From positions 4,785 to 68,784 of the forward strand of contig JAJZBI010000020.1 in NCBI GenBank assembly GCA_021798985.1: DNA of 64,000 nucleotides, written 5' to 3'. A program made the translations under genes and the position numbers. The notes under the pieces are model-generated. The model saw only the letters and a list, made by a program, of their open reading frames with translations, had not been told where the DNA came from and did no database searches. Positions 1-9,645 of the stretch are shown here, piece after piece (within the stretch, counting starts at the first letter, position 1; each line of letters begins with the position of its first letter). This stretch comes from Actinomycetes bacterium (lineage in GTDB: Bacteria; Actinomycetota; Acidimicrobiia; Acidimicrobiales; Bog-793).

Positions 1-193
1 TGGGAAGTTCTACCCCTTCTACCGGGGCTTAGCGGTGAGGTCTTCACGTTTGGGTGTGACCTGGCGGTTGTCGTGACGCGGAAGGTAACAACCGCGGGTT
101 AAGGGGCTGGCGCTCGCGCCTTATCCACGGGCGCGCGGCGAGCGCCCCAACGAGGCCGGCATCAACGTCGACGTCCGAGGCTGGTGCAAGCTC

Positions 194-385
194 ATGGGCG
201 TCACCCCCTTTGGGCTCTTCCTCGCCTGCGCGTGCGCCATCGTCAACTTCGGTCTCGTCGACACCTTCAAACGGCACGCGGACGACGTCAGCCGACGCAG
301 CGGTCCGCCAGTGCCTCGGCCGCGCCCCCGGCGCCGGCGCACCCTCGCAGACCTCGCAGCGGCCGGCGCCAACGCGCCGCCGTAG
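194..385 (+). CDS. hypothetical small protein (63 aa) with N-terminal hydrophobic segment
   Basis: ATG ORF in which nearly every codon ends in G/C, clearly better than the antisense ORF 44..277. MGVTPFGLFLACACAIVNFGLV looks like one TM helix. No family recognised. Confidence 0.3.
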   Translation: MGVTPFGLFLACACAIVNFGLVDTFKRHADDVSRRSGPPVPRPRPRRRRTLADLAAAGANAPP

Positions 386-538
386 TCCCGCTCCTCACCC
401 GAGCGCTGCAGGACCGCCCGGGTCAGCACGCGCGCCGTGGGGGGGCGAAACGCGCCGAACGGCCCGCTACGGGGCCGTTCGCGCACTGTCACAGCAAAAC
501 GTGAAGATGGGGAGGTTCAAAACGTGAAGGCCTCGGAG

Positions 539-612
539 TGCGCTCGGAGGGACTCGAACCCCCAACCTTCTGATCCGTAGTCAGATGCTCTATCCAATTG
601 AGCTACGAGCGC
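539..612 (-). tRNA. tRNA-Arg (anticodon ACG)
   Basis: 74-nt cloverleaf on the minus strand. Acceptor GCGCTCG/CGAGCGC, D-stem GCTC/GAGC, anticodon stem TCTGA/TCAGA with loop CTACGGA, T-arm GGGGG-TTCGAGT-CCCTC, discriminator A. CCA is not encoded. Confidence 0.95.
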
Positions 613-639
613 TTGGCGCCAAGGAAAGCACGGCACCAG

Positions 640-728
640 CGGAGAGGGGGGGATTTGAACCCCCGGACCGGATCTCTCCGGTCAACTCATTAGCAGTGAG
701 CCCGATTCGGCCGCTCTCGCACCTCTCC
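640..728 (-). tRNA. tRNA-Ser (anticodon GCT)
   Basis: 89-nt class II tRNA on the minus strand. Acceptor GGAGAGG/CCTCTCC, anticodon arm GCTCA-CTGCTAA-TGAGT, long variable arm GACCGGAGAGATCCGGTC, T-arm GGGGG-TTCAAAT-CCCCC. CCA is not encoded. Confidence 0.95.
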
Positions 729-1207
729 TCGTCCTGTGAACTGCGCCTTTGTCATCCTAGCGAGGGGCAAATGATGCCCAGGACAACCACCGGACCACAA
801 GCCCGAGCCGAGCGACGTGGTCTCCCGGCATCCTCGCTGCCCGGTAAGGACCAGCGAAGCGTAGCCGAGCCCGCTGGTGGCGGCGGACGCCACCTCGAGC
901 CCTCGACCTGCCCCAGCGTCGGCTCGGCCGGCTATCCCGCGACCTCGTGGCCCACTGGCGGCTCAGGCGCCCCTCCCGCGGGCACCCAGAGTCGGTGGCG
1001 GCGGCGACAGCTCCGTGGGCGACGCGTGCGCCGAGTGGGAGAGAACCGCCGCGGCCAGGTCGATCAGGCTCGAGCATGATGACCCGCGGGTGGCCGGCCG
1101 GCTCTACGCTCGGGGAGCGCCCGATCCCGCCGCGTGACGATCATCGAGACGGCGAGCTGGCGGCGTGAGGTCGTTGTCTGCCGTTGGCATCAGCAAGGAG
1201 GGCGACG

Positions 1208-1444
1208 ATGAGCGATGCGCCCGAGGGCCGTGCCGAGCCCGACCGTGATGCAGTCCCACTTCCCCAGGGGGAGTTCCACGGTGTGCCCTTTGATTTCCGC
1301 AAACCGTCGCTTCGCCGCGCCAAGTCGCGCTGGTGGAACCCGGGTGACCCGCGCGTCTTCACCCCCAAGGCCTTCGGAGCCGGCTGGGACATCAACTTCT
1401 ACTGGTTGACGCACCCTCGCTCGTATCTCCATCGGGACCGCTAG
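1208..1444 (+). CDS. DUF5808-like small protein
   Basis: GVPFDFRKPSLRRAKSRWWNPGDPRVFTPKAFGAGWDINF matches the DUF5808 signature as I remember it. ATG 1208 lies 5 nt after AAGGAGGG. The ORF-track start 1184 is an upstream alternative. Confidence 0.7.
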   Translation: MSDAPEGRAEPDRDAVPLPQGEFHGVPFDFRKPSLRRAKSRWWNPGDPRVFTPKAFGAGWDINFYWLTHPRSYLHRDR

Positions 1445-1783
1445 CCACAACATCGTCAGACGAGCCCTCGCGTGTCTCTGCTGCCCGCGGAAGCGCCTCG
1501 CCATGGTTCGTTCGGGGTGCGCGCTTGACGCGTGGGCGGGCGCTCCGTCCCGGTGGCAACGCGCCGGCACCGGGTCCTCGTGAGTGCGGCGAGGGGCCTC
1601 GAGGTGGGAGTCGCCAGGGTCCGCTCCGCTCGCTCGGCGAGGTGCCGGAGGTGCGTTGACCAGGCCGCCAAGTGCTGCTAGACCGCTCGGAACGCGGCAG
1701 GAGCATCCCCCACAGTCGGTTCGCCCGCCGAAGAGGATTCTCGCCCCGGATGGCCCCGGGACGCGAAGGGCAGGTCGGCGACA

Positions 1784-4700
1784 TTGACGCAGGAGCGGAG
1801 GTGGCTTGTGCCGCAGCACAAGGTGCGAAGGAGCGGACTCGGTCGTCCGACGGCCGTGCTCGTGGCGAGCGGCGTCTCGCTCACGATCCTCGCCCCGCTT
1901 TTGTCTCCCGCGGCGACGGCGAACGGTGCCGCACGCCCGGCGGCGCTCGGTGCGCTCGTCGAGGTGGGCGCGCTCGCCCACCCTCCGGCCGGGGCGCGCC
2001 CGACGGGGACGCTCGGCGCAGAGGCCCGCGTCTCGCTCGGGGTGGCGCTCGCTGCCCGCAACACGGCCGGGCTCGCCAACTACGCGGCCGCGGTCTCGAC
2101 CCCGAGCTCGCCTGACTACCACCACTTCCTCACGCCGGCCCAGTTCGCCACCCGCTACGGCCCGCGTCCCGGCGCGTTCGCCGCACTCCGAGGCGAGCTG
2201 CACGCGGCGGGGCTGTCGGTCTCCGCGCCCTCCGCCAACGGGCTCCTCGTGAGCGTGCACGGCACGGCGGGCCAGGTAGATCGCGCCTTCCACACCTCGC
2301 TTGAGGGCTACCGCCTCCCCAGCGGTTCGCTCGGCTGGTCGCCGTCGACGCCGACCAGGCTGCCGGCCGCGATCGCCAGCGGAGTCGCGGCGGTCGTTGG
2401 GCTCGACAACACGGCCGCGCCGCGCTCGATGCTCGAGCGGGCGCCCGTTGCACGCCGCGTCCAGGTCAGCACTGCGGCGCTGCGCGCCGCACGGGCGGGG
2501 GCCGCCCGGGCGCCGCACGGCTCGCCACGGGCCTGCGTCGCCGCCACGGACGCCGCGCTCCAAGCGGGGGGTTGGACGGACCAGCAGCTCGCCTCCGCCT
2601 ATGGCTTGGAGGGCCTGTACCGGGCGGGTGACCTCGCCCAGGGCCAGTCGATCGGCGTCTTCGAGCTCGAGCCGTTCTCCAACGCCGATCTCGCCACCTT
2701 CGATCGCTGCTACTTCGGCACCAGCCACGTGTCCCAGATCAGCCGCGTCAACGTTGACGGCTTCAATCTGAACGGCACCGGCTCGGGCGAGGCGCTGCTC
2801 GACCTCGAGGACCTCCAGGCGCTCGCGCCGGACGCCAAGATCGTCGTCTACCAGGCGCCGAACACGACCTTTGGGGCGATCGACGCCTACAACGCGATCG
2901 TGAGCCAGGATCGCGTCAACATCATCTCGACCAGTTGGGGCGAGTGCGAGCAGGCGGTCCAGACCGCTGCACCCCAAACCCAACAGCTTGAGAACATCTT
3001 GTTCGAAGAGGCCGCCGCACAGGGCCAGACCGTGTTCGCCGCGGCGGGGGACACGGGCTCGGACGACTGCGCGAGCACGCCGTTCGGCTCGTCGACCCCG
3101 GCCGCGCCCTATCTGTCGGTCGACGACCCGGCGAGCCAGCCCTATGTAGTCGGCGTCGGCGGAACCTCGATGACCAACGATGCGAACCCACCCCGCCAGA
3201 CGGTTTGGAACGACGGCGCGAAGTGGGGCGGTGGCGGCGGTGGGCTCTCCAACACCTGGCCGAGCCCGCCCTGGCAGCAGGGCTCGGGCGTTCCCGGGGC
3301 GGCGACCTCGACGCGGCGCGAGGTCCCCGACGTCTCGGCGGCCGCCGACGAGTGGCGCGGGATCACCGTGTTCAGCGCGCTCTTTGGCACGGGCGGCTCC
3401 ATCCGCGCGCCGGCTGGGTCACCGACCACCTCGCCGTGGCCGACGCCGCCGGCGGGCTGGGTCACGCTCGGGGGGACCTCGTCGGCGGCGCCGATCTGGG
3501 CGGCTGTCGACGCCGAGATCACCGCCTCGCGCCTGTGCGCCGCCGCGCCAGTCAACTCGGCCGGTCGGGACCTTGGCTTCCTCGCGCCGCTGCTCTATGA
3601 GGTGGCGGGCTCGCCGGCGGGGTATGCGCACGCCTTCGACAACGTGCGCGTCGGCACCAACGACGTGTTCGGCCTCGGCCTCGGCTACGCGGCCCATGCC
3701 GGCTTCAACCTGGCCTCGGGGCTCGGTTCGCCCATCGTGACCGACGCGGCCGGCCGCGGTGGCCTCGACGCGGCGCTGTGCGCGCTCGCCACGGCCAGCA
3801 CCCCCGCCCCGGTCGTCACGAGCGTCTCCCCCTCGGTCGGCCCGACGACGGGGGGCACGGCGGTGACGATCACCGGGACCGGCTTCCCAGCGGGCGATCC
3901 TGCGGCCGTCTCGGTCGACTTCGGCGCGACGTCCGCCACGGTGACCGCTGTGCCGTCCTCGACCACGATCGACGTCACCGCGCCGGCGGCGCTGCTCCCT
4001 CCCGGTGCGGCGAGCGGCAGTGGGACCGGGAGTGCCGGACCGGTGAACGTCAGCGTCACGGTCACGACGTCAACGGCGCGCCAGACGGCACGCGTGGGTC
4101 TCGGCGCCCGCTTCGACTACGTGGTCCAGGCGAGCAACGGCTCGACCATCCCCAGCGTCGCGGCGATCGACCCCTCGGGCGGCAACCTCCTCGGCGGGGA
4201 CCGGGTCCTTGTCTACGGCTCGGGGTTCGCGGCGTCCTCCGTCCCGTCGGTGACCTTCGGCGGCGTGGCCTCGCCGTCGGTCAGCGTGCTCAGTTCCACC
4301 GAGCTCTCGGCGGTGGTCCCGCCCGAGCAGCCCTCCACCGCGTGTGCCACCGGATCGGGCTACACGCCCTCGGCGGCGTGCCAGGTCCAGGTCGTCGTCA
4401 CCGACGCCAACGGCTCCAGCCCGACGGCGACGATCCTCCCGCCGATCTCCGGGCCGATCGTCTTCCAGCCCAACGGCGTCGTGGCGCCGACGCCGGAGAC
4501 CGAGGTGGGTCCGGCGCCGAGCGAGTACGACTACGCGCCCAAGCCCGTGATCACCTCGGTCGCACCCGATCCGGGGGACGCGTCCGGCCAGACGCCGGTC
4601 GAGATCAACGGCCGCGGCTTTAGCTTCAACACCTTGGAGTGGGTGAACTTCGGTCCACCCGGCCAGGTCGCAAGCGAGCAGACCCAGATCCTCGAGATCA

Positions 4701-6433
4701 CGCCGACCAGGATCATCATCACCCCACCGAGCGGCAGCGCCAACGGCTCGAGCGCGACCCGGCTCCCCGGCGGAGTGAGCGTCCAGACGGTCGGCGGGCG
4801 CAGCGCGCAGGTCCCCTACTGGTTCGCCGGCGTTCCGGAGATCTCCGCGATGTCTGCTTTCGGCGGCCCGGCGACGGGGGGGAGCCGGATCGTCATCCGC
4901 GGCCACGGCATGGGACTGGTGGACTACGTCGAGTTCGCGAGCCAGGTCTCGCCCAGCGCCTTCGGCGCCTCGCTCAGCGTGCGGATCAGCTCGCGCACGG
5001 CGCGCGCGGTTACCGTGCGCACGCCGGCCGACCTGCCCGGACCGGTCGACGTGCTCGCCTGCAGCGCAACGGCGTGCTCGGGGCGCGACCCGTCGGTCGA
5101 CACCTTCGTCTACTACTCCGTCGGTCGTCCGAGCCTGGCGGCGATCAGCCGGGCCTCGGGGCCGGCGGCGGGGGGCACCGCCGTCGATCTGTTCGGCAAC
5201 GGGCTGAACGGGACCACGGCCGTGCGCTTCGGTCATGCGCTGAGCAAGCGGATCGAGCCGGTCGTCGGCTACCCCGACGGGGATCCCTATGTCGTCCGGG
5301 TGCTCTCGCCGCCTGGTCCCGCCGCGGCGAGCGTCCCGGTGCGGGCCGTGACGCGCGCCGGGACCAGCGCGCAGCGCTCGACGCTGCGGTTCCACTACCT
5401 GCCGAGCGCGCCGAGCGCGCCGGCGCCCTTGCACGTCACGCTGCGCGCCAGCGCGGCGAGCCTGCACTGGAGCCCTCCGGCGAGCGACGGGGGATCGCCG
5501 GTGACCGGCTACGTCGTGCTGGTGAGCGGGGCGGGGATGGCGCCCCTTGGCGCCCACCTCGCCGCCTCGGCGCGCTCGTACGCGTTCGCCTCGCTGCCGA
5601 GCGGACGCGCCCTGACCTTCCGGGTCGCGGCGGAGAACGCGGCGCACGGGCGGGGTCCCTGGGCAAGCAAGGGGCCGCTCTTGTCGAGTTATGGCGCGGC
5701 CGGCTACCGCGTGGTGAGCCCCGCGGGGCTCGTCGAGGGGTTCGGCAGCCTGCCCTCCCTCGGTGGCATCGGGGGCGGCCGGGTTGCCTCGCCCGTCGTC
5801 AGCATGGTCGGCACCAGTACCGGTGAGGGCTACTGGCTGGTGCAGCAGGACGGCACGGTCACCGCCTTCGGGGACGCCCCCCGCTTTGCCTTCGCGCACC
5901 CCGCCGAGGCCACGATCGGCCTTGCCCCGACGCCGGACGACCTCGGCTACTGGGTCGCCACGGCGACCGGCAAGGTCTTCGCGTACGGCAACGCCCGCCA
6001 GCTGGCCTCGCTCGACCCTGCCCGGCTCGGGCGCAACGCGCGCGTGGTGGCGATCGTCCCGAGCCCGAGCGGGCAGGGCTACTGGCTCGTGACGAGCACC
6101 GGAGGCATCTTCGCCTTCGGTGACGCGACCCACGTCCCCAGCGCGAACCTCCACGGCGCCCGGGTCGTCGCAGCGCAAGGGGTGGGATCGGTCGACGGCC
6201 TGTGGCTGCTCACCTCCACCGGATCGGTGATCGCCCGCGGCAAGCTGGCAGCGTACGGGGGGATCCCCGCCGCCTCGATCGCCAAGCACCCTCCGGTCGG
6301 CCTCGCGCCGACGGCCGGCGGGAAGGGGTACTGGATCGCGACGGCCGCCGGTGCGGTCTTCAGCTTCGGCAATGCCCGCTATGAGGGCGGCGCGCCGCTG
6401 AGCGGCGGCGTCGCCGCCATCGCCACCATTTAG
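1784..6433 (+). CDS. secreted S53 (sedolisin/kumamolisin-type) serine peptidase with IPT/TIG, FN3 and C-terminal GYWLV repeats
   Basis: N-terminal signal-like LVASGVSLTILAPLLSPAATA. Pro-kumamolisin-type propeptide (SSPDYHHFLTPAQFATRYGP). Catalytic blocks GSGEALLDLEDLQ and LGGTSSAAPIWAAV. Repeated xVxSVSPxxGPxxGGTxVTIxGxGF units. LHWSPPASDGGSPVTGYVV (FN3-like). Five to six GYW(L/V)..DG.V.AFGDA repeats. An alternative GTG start at 1808 follows GGAGCGGAGG. Confidence 0.9.
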   Translation: MTQERRWLVPQHKVRRSGLGRPTAVLVASGVSLTILAPLLSPAATANGAARPAALGALVEVGALAHPPAGARPTGTLGAEARVSLGVALAARNTAGLANYAAAVSTPSSPDYHHFLTPAQFATRYGPRPGAFAALRGELHAAGLSVSAPSANGLLVSVHGTAGQVDRAFHTSLEGYRLPSGSLGWSPSTPTRLPAAIASGVAAVVGLDNTAAPRSMLERAPVARRVQVSTAALRAARAGAARAPHGSPRACVAATDAALQAGGWTDQQLASAYGLEGLYRAGDLAQGQSIGVFELEPFSNADLATFDRCYFGTSHVSQISRVNVDGFNLNGTGSGEALLDLEDLQALAPDAKIVVYQAPNTTFGAIDAYNAIVSQDRVNIISTSWGECEQAVQTAAPQTQQLENILFEEAAAQGQTVFAAAGDTGSDDCASTPFGSSTPAAPYLSVDDPASQPYVVGVGGTSMTNDANPPRQTVWNDGAKWGGGGGGLSNTWPSPPWQQGSGVPGAATSTRREVPDVSAAADEWRGITVFSALFGTGGSIRAPAGSPTTSPWPTPPAGWVTLGGTSSAAPIWAAVDAEITASRLCAAAPVNSAGRDLGFLAPLLYEVAGSPAGYAHAFDNVRVGTNDVFGLGLGYAAHAGFNLASGLGSPIVTDAAGRGGLDAALCALATASTPAPVVTSVSPSVGPTTGGTAVTITGTGFPAGDPAAVSVDFGATSATVTAVPSSTTIDVTAPAALLPPGAASGSGTGSAGPVNVSVTVTTSTARQTARVGLGARFDYVVQASNGSTIPSVAAIDPSGGNLLGGDRVLVYGSGFAASSVPSVTFGGVASPSVSVLSSTELSAVVPPEQPSTACATGSGYTPSAACQVQVVVTDANGSSPTATILPPISGPIVFQPNGVVAPTPETEVGPAPSEYDYAPKPVITSVAPDPGDASGQTPVEINGRGFSFNTLEWVNFGPPGQVASEQTQILEITPTRIIITPPSGSANGSSATRLPGGVSVQTVGGRSAQVPYWFAGVPEISAMSAFGGPATGGSRIVIRGHGMGLVDYVEFASQVSPSAFGASLSVRISSRTARAVTVRTPADLPGPVDVLACSATACSGRDPSVDTFVYYSVGRPSLAAISRASGPAAGGTAVDLFGNGLNGTTAVRFGHALSKRIEPVVGYPDGDPYVVRVLSPPGPAAASVPVRAVTRAGTSAQRSTLRFHYLPSAPSAPAPLHVTLRASAASLHWSPPASDGGSPVTGYVVLVSGAGMAPLGAHLAASARSYAFASLPSGRALTFRVAAENAAHGRGPWASKGPLLSSYGAAGYRVVSPAGLVEGFGSLPSLGGIGGGRVASPVVSMVGTSTGEGYWLVQQDGTVTAFGDAPRFAFAHPAEATIGLAPTPDDLGYWVATATGKVFAYGNARQLASLDPARLGRNARVVAIVPSPSGQGYWLVTSTGGIFAFGDATHVPSANLHGARVVAAQGVGSVDGLWLLTSTGSVIARGKLAAYGGIPAASIAKHPPVGLAPTAGGKGYWIATAAGAVFSFGNARYEGGAPLSGGVAAIATI

Positions 6434-6678
6434 CGCCCGACCGAACGCCGGCGAGCCATCGGCGGCGATCGGGCCTACCGGAGGCTCAGGGACCTCCGCC
6501 GTGACGAGCGGTCACCTCAACACGGCAAGCTTTCACCGCGCGTTCATCTCAGCGTCGCGACGCAACGGATCCCTGTCAATCTGGCCCTTCTAGCTTCTCG
6601 AGATGTCACGTCCCGTGCATGCAGCGGCGGCACGGATCGAGCATGCGTCCCGGTCGGGACGGCGAGGAGGAGCAAGGG

Positions 6679-7842
6679 ATGGGGAAGGTGTCGGCGGCCC
6701 GGTGGTCGGCCGCGGCGGCGGGAGGTGCGCTCGCAGCGCTCTGCACGCTCGCTCCGGCCACGATGGCGAGCACGAAGGCGGCGACGACGGTCGCCCACAC
6801 GAAGAAGGCGAGCTGTGACTGGGCGATCGCCACGTCGGTTGCCTCCTGCGGCGGCATGCACGCGCTCGTCGCGGCCGCCAAGAAGGAGGGCGTGCTCAAC
6901 GTGATCACGCTCCCGGCCAATTGGGCGAACTACGGCACGATCATGAAGGACTTCACGGCCAAGTATGGCATCAAGATCAATGACGCCAACCCGGACGGCT
7001 CGAGCCAGGACGAGATCAACGCCATGGTGCAGCTGAAGGGCCAGACCCGGGCGCCTGACGTGCTCGACATGGGAACGCCCTTTGCCGTCAAGGCCGACCA
7101 GGAGCACCTGCTCGCTCCCTATCGCGTCTTGACCTGGAGCGCGATCCCGGCCTCGGCCAAGGCCGCGGATTCCACCTGGTACGACGACTACGGCGGCTAC
7201 ATCGCGATCGGCTATGACCCGAGCAAGGTCAAGGTCGCGCCCACGTCCTTCAAGGACCTGTTGAAGCCGATCTACAAGAATGAGATCGCGATCAACGGCA
7301 ACCCCACCGAGGCCGGCGCCGCCTTCGCTGCGGTCTTCGCGGCGGCGCTCGCCAACGGCGGCTCGCTACACAACATCGCACCGGGCATCAGCTACTTCGC
7401 GAATCTGCACCAAGAAGGCAACTTCGTTCCCGTGACCGGGAGCGCGACGACGGTCGAGAGCGGCCAGACCCCGATCTTGATCTGGTGGGACTACCTGCTC
7501 GCGAGCGAGGTTCAGCCGAGCGTCAAGAACTTCAAGATCGTCATCCCGAGCGACGCTCACTACGCCGGCTACTACAGCCAGGCGATCAACAAGAACGCCC
7601 CGGACCCAGCCGCGGCGCGCCTTTGGGAGGAGTATTTGTACTCCAAGGTCGGCCAGAACCTCTGGCTGGAGGGCAAGACCCGGCCGATCGAGCTCTCGCA
7701 CCTCGTCGCCCGCCAGGCGGTGAACCGCGCCGCCTACAAGGCGCTTCCTCCCGTCGAGGGCGCGACCGAGATCGCCTCGGTGCCCGAGCTGACCGCAGGA
7801 GAGACGGTCGTCGCCAAGCAGTGGTCGGCAAAGGTCGGCTAG
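6679..7842 (+). CDS. ABC transporter substrate-binding protein (solute-binding family 1, PotD/AfuA-like); putative aminophosphonate binding
   Basis: ATG 6679 after GAGGAGGAGCAAGGG. Signal-like MGKVSAARWSAAAAGGALAALCTLAPA. Body typical of family-1 SBPs (VLNVITLPANWANYG, YGGYIAIGYDPSKV). First gene of the operon that ends with the FAD oxidoreductase and phosphonatase-like genes. Confidence 0.8.
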   Translation: MGKVSAARWSAAAAGGALAALCTLAPATMASTKAATTVAHTKKASCDWAIATSVASCGGMHALVAAAKKEGVLNVITLPANWANYGTIMKDFTAKYGIKINDANPDGSSQDEINAMVQLKGQTRAPDVLDMGTPFAVKADQEHLLAPYRVLTWSAIPASAKAADSTWYDDYGGYIAIGYDPSKVKVAPTSFKDLLKPIYKNEIAINGNPTEAGAAFAAVFAAALANGGSLHNIAPGISYFANLHQEGNFVPVTGSATTVESGQTPILIWWDYLLASEVQPSVKNFKIVIPSDAHYAGYYSQAINKNAPDPAAARLWEEYLYSKVGQNLWLEGKTRPIELSHLVARQAVNRAAYKALPPVEGATEIASVPELTAGETVVAKQWSAKVG

Positions 7843-7849
7843 CGCCGCG

Positions 7850-8785
7850 ATGAGCGCTCCGGTGATGGCGGCGCCCCTTTCCGGCGGGATCGCCGGCGAG
7901 GGCGCGCCGCCGACGGGGTCCAGTCCCCCGCGCCGCCGACGGGGTCGCCTGCGTGACGTCGCCGCGATGGCGCCGTTTTGCGGTTACACCATCGTCTTCT
8001 TGATCGTCCCGGCGGTCGTGGTCGCGCTCGGCGCCTTCCAGGCGCCGAGCGGCGGGCTCACCTGGTCGAACCTCACGACCGCGACCTCGGGCGTGTACGC
8101 GACGGGCATCAAGAATTCGATCGAGCTCTCGCTCTTGACCGCGATCGTGCCGGCAGTCTTTGGCACCTTGATCGCCTATGCCATCTATGTCGGGCGTCCC
8201 GAGAGCCTGCTCCGCCGGGCGGTCGTCACGGCATCGGGCGTGTTCGGCCAGTTCGGCGGGGTCCCCCTCGCATTCTTGTTCATCGCCAGCTTCAACCCCT
8301 ACGGCCTCGCGACGTCTTGGCTGGCGGCGATCGGGATCAACCTCTCCTCTCTCGGCTTCAACCTGTACACCTTCGGCGGCGTGGCGCTCGTCTACCTGTA
8401 CTTCCAGATCCCGCTGATGGTCCTCATCGTCTTGCCGGCCTTCGGGGGGCTGCGGCAGACCTGGAAGGAGGCGACGCGCAACCTCGGTGGCTCGACGTGG
8501 CGGTACTGGCGCCACGTCGCGCTCCCGGCGCTGGCACCGACCATCCTCGGCTGCCTGCTCGTGCTGTTCGGCTCGGCGTTGTCGGCCTATGCGACGGCAG
8601 ACGCCTTGACGAGCGGCAGCATCGCCCTCAGCCCGATCCAAATCGGCTCGTTCCTCAACGGCAACGTGCTCGCTGGCCAGCAGAACGTCGGCAAGGCGAT
8701 CGGCCTGTTGATGCTCGCGCTCTTGGCCGTCGTCATGCTCGCGTACTCGCTCTTGCAGCGAAAGGTGTCGAGATGGCTGCGCTAG
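7850..8785 (+). CDS. ABC transporter permease
   Basis: Multi-TM protein with a binding-protein-dependent permease core (EATRNLGGSTWRYWRHVALPALAP = EAA-loop region). Confidence 0.85.
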   Translation: MSAPVMAAPLSGGIAGEGAPPTGSSPPRRRRGRLRDVAAMAPFCGYTIVFLIVPAVVVALGAFQAPSGGLTWSNLTTATSGVYATGIKNSIELSLLTAIVPAVFGTLIAYAIYVGRPESLLRRAVVTASGVFGQFGGVPLAFLFIASFNPYGLATSWLAAIGINLSSLGFNLYTFGGVALVYLYFQIPLMVLIVLPAFGGLRQTWKEATRNLGGSTWRYWRHVALPALAPTILGCLLVLFGSALSAYATADALTSGSIALSPIQIGSFLNGNVLAGQQNVGKAIGLLMLALLAVVMLAYSLLQRKVSRWLR

Positions 8786-9645
8786 GGGCCTTCGACGTCT
8801 CTGTCCGCGACGACCGCCTGGGCGGGGCGCGCTCGGTGTCGATGACCCGCCTTGGCCGCCTGCGCTGGTGGCGCCTCGCGATCTTGGCGCCGGCCGGGCT
8901 GTTCTTCTTCGTCCCGCTGATCGCCGCGGTGCGCTTTTGTGTCGACACCCCCGGTGGCGGCCACTCGCTCGCTGCGTTCACCTCGCTCGTTGGCCAGCAG
9001 GGCTTCGCTCCCTCGGTCTGGCTCTCGCTGCGCCTTGCTGGGGTCGCCCTGGCGATCTCGCTGGCGCTGATGGTCCCGACGGCGATCTACGTCCACTTGC
9101 GCCTGCCCCGCCTGCGCCGAGCGATGGACGGCGTCACGGTGCTGCCGATCGTGATTGCCCCGATCATCCTCATCACCGGCGTGCTCAGCGTCGCGCCGTC
9201 GTGGCTGAAGGCGACCCCCTATTTGCTGGCGCTCGAGTACGCGGTCTTGGCGATGCCGTTCATGTACCGCTCCCTTGACGCCGGCCTGCGGGCGATGGAT
9301 CTCGCCACCCTGGTCGACGCCGCCCGCTCGCTCGGCAGTCGGTGGAGCACGACGATGCTGCGGGTCCTCGTGCCGAACCTGCGCGCGGCGATCATCTCGG
9401 GCAGCGTGCTCACCGTCGCGCTCGTCTTCGGCGAGTACACGATGGCGACCCTTGACCAGTACCAGAACTTCTCGGTGTGGATCTACGTCTTCTCCCAGTC
9501 GAGCGCGCAGGTCTCGGTGGCCGCGTCCCTCTTCGGCCTCGTGCTGCCGTGGGCGCTGCTCTTTGCGATCTCGTTCCTCGCGACCGCCAAGCCGGGCCGC
9601 CTTCGGCGCCACCGGGTCGATGTCACTGGAGGTGAGCGATCGTGA
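8773..9645 (+). CDS. ABC transporter permease (second subunit)
   Basis: Same frame as ORF 7978..9645. Hydrophobic permease body with EAA-type loop (DAARSLGSRWSTTMLRVLVPNLRAA). Start is ATG 8773 (overlapping the upstream gene end) or ATG 8842 (MTRLGRLRWW). Confidence 0.8.
   Translation: MAALGAFDVSVRDDRLGGARSVSMTRLGRLRWWRLAILAPAGLFFFVPLIAAVRFCVDTPGGGHSLAAFTSLVGQQGFAPSVWLSLRLAGVALAISLALMVPTAIYVHLRLPRLRRAMDGVTVLPIVIAPIILITGVLSVAPSWLKATPYLLALEYAVLAMPFMYRSLDAGLRAMDLATLVDAARSLGSRWSTTMLRVLVPNLRAAIISGSVLTVALVFGEYTMATLDQYQNFSVWIYVFSQSSAQVSVAASLFGLVLPWALLFAISFLATAKPGRLRRHRVDVTGGERS

Noticed and set aside
60-165. Possible SRP (4.5S/ffs) RNA next to tRNA-Ser: GTGACGCGGAAGGTAACAACC resembles the GGAA-tetraloop/AGCA region of SRP helix 8, and ffs often neighbours tRNA-Ser in actinobacteria.
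   Set aside because: Folding by eye gives a 7-bp stem (CGGTTGT/ACAACCG) around a 16-nt loop. The closing pairs and symmetric loop required for helix 8 do not form, AGCA is AACA, and no complementary 5'/3' ends are visible. An Infernal scan with the bacterial small SRP model would settle it.
585-1137. ORFs 585..1079, 757..1077 and 877..1137 in the gap between tRNA-Ser and the DUF5808-like gene.
   Set aside because: The products are Arg/Pro/Gly-rich low-complexity text. One overlaps both tRNA genes, the GC3 bias is only moderate in every frame, and there are no family motifs. I leave about 730..1190 unannotated.
1190-2983. Very long antisense or alternative-frame ORFs throughout the window (for example 1190..2983, 4070..6289, 10367..12226, 18166..20361, 22891..25005, 36145..38034, 48679..50553 upstream part, 51902..54112, 61605..63530 upstream part).
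   Set aside because: This is the typical stop-codon-poor shadow of real genes in very GC-rich DNA. The products are Arg/Pro/Gly/Asp-rich without motifs, and each overlaps a gene with clear family signatures in another frame.
539-6433. tRNA-adjacent genomic island (tRNA genes are common integration sites, and a large accessory-looking protease follows).
   Set aside because: I found no integrase, recombinase or transposase gene, no direct repeat of either tRNA 3' end, and no obvious compositional change by eye.
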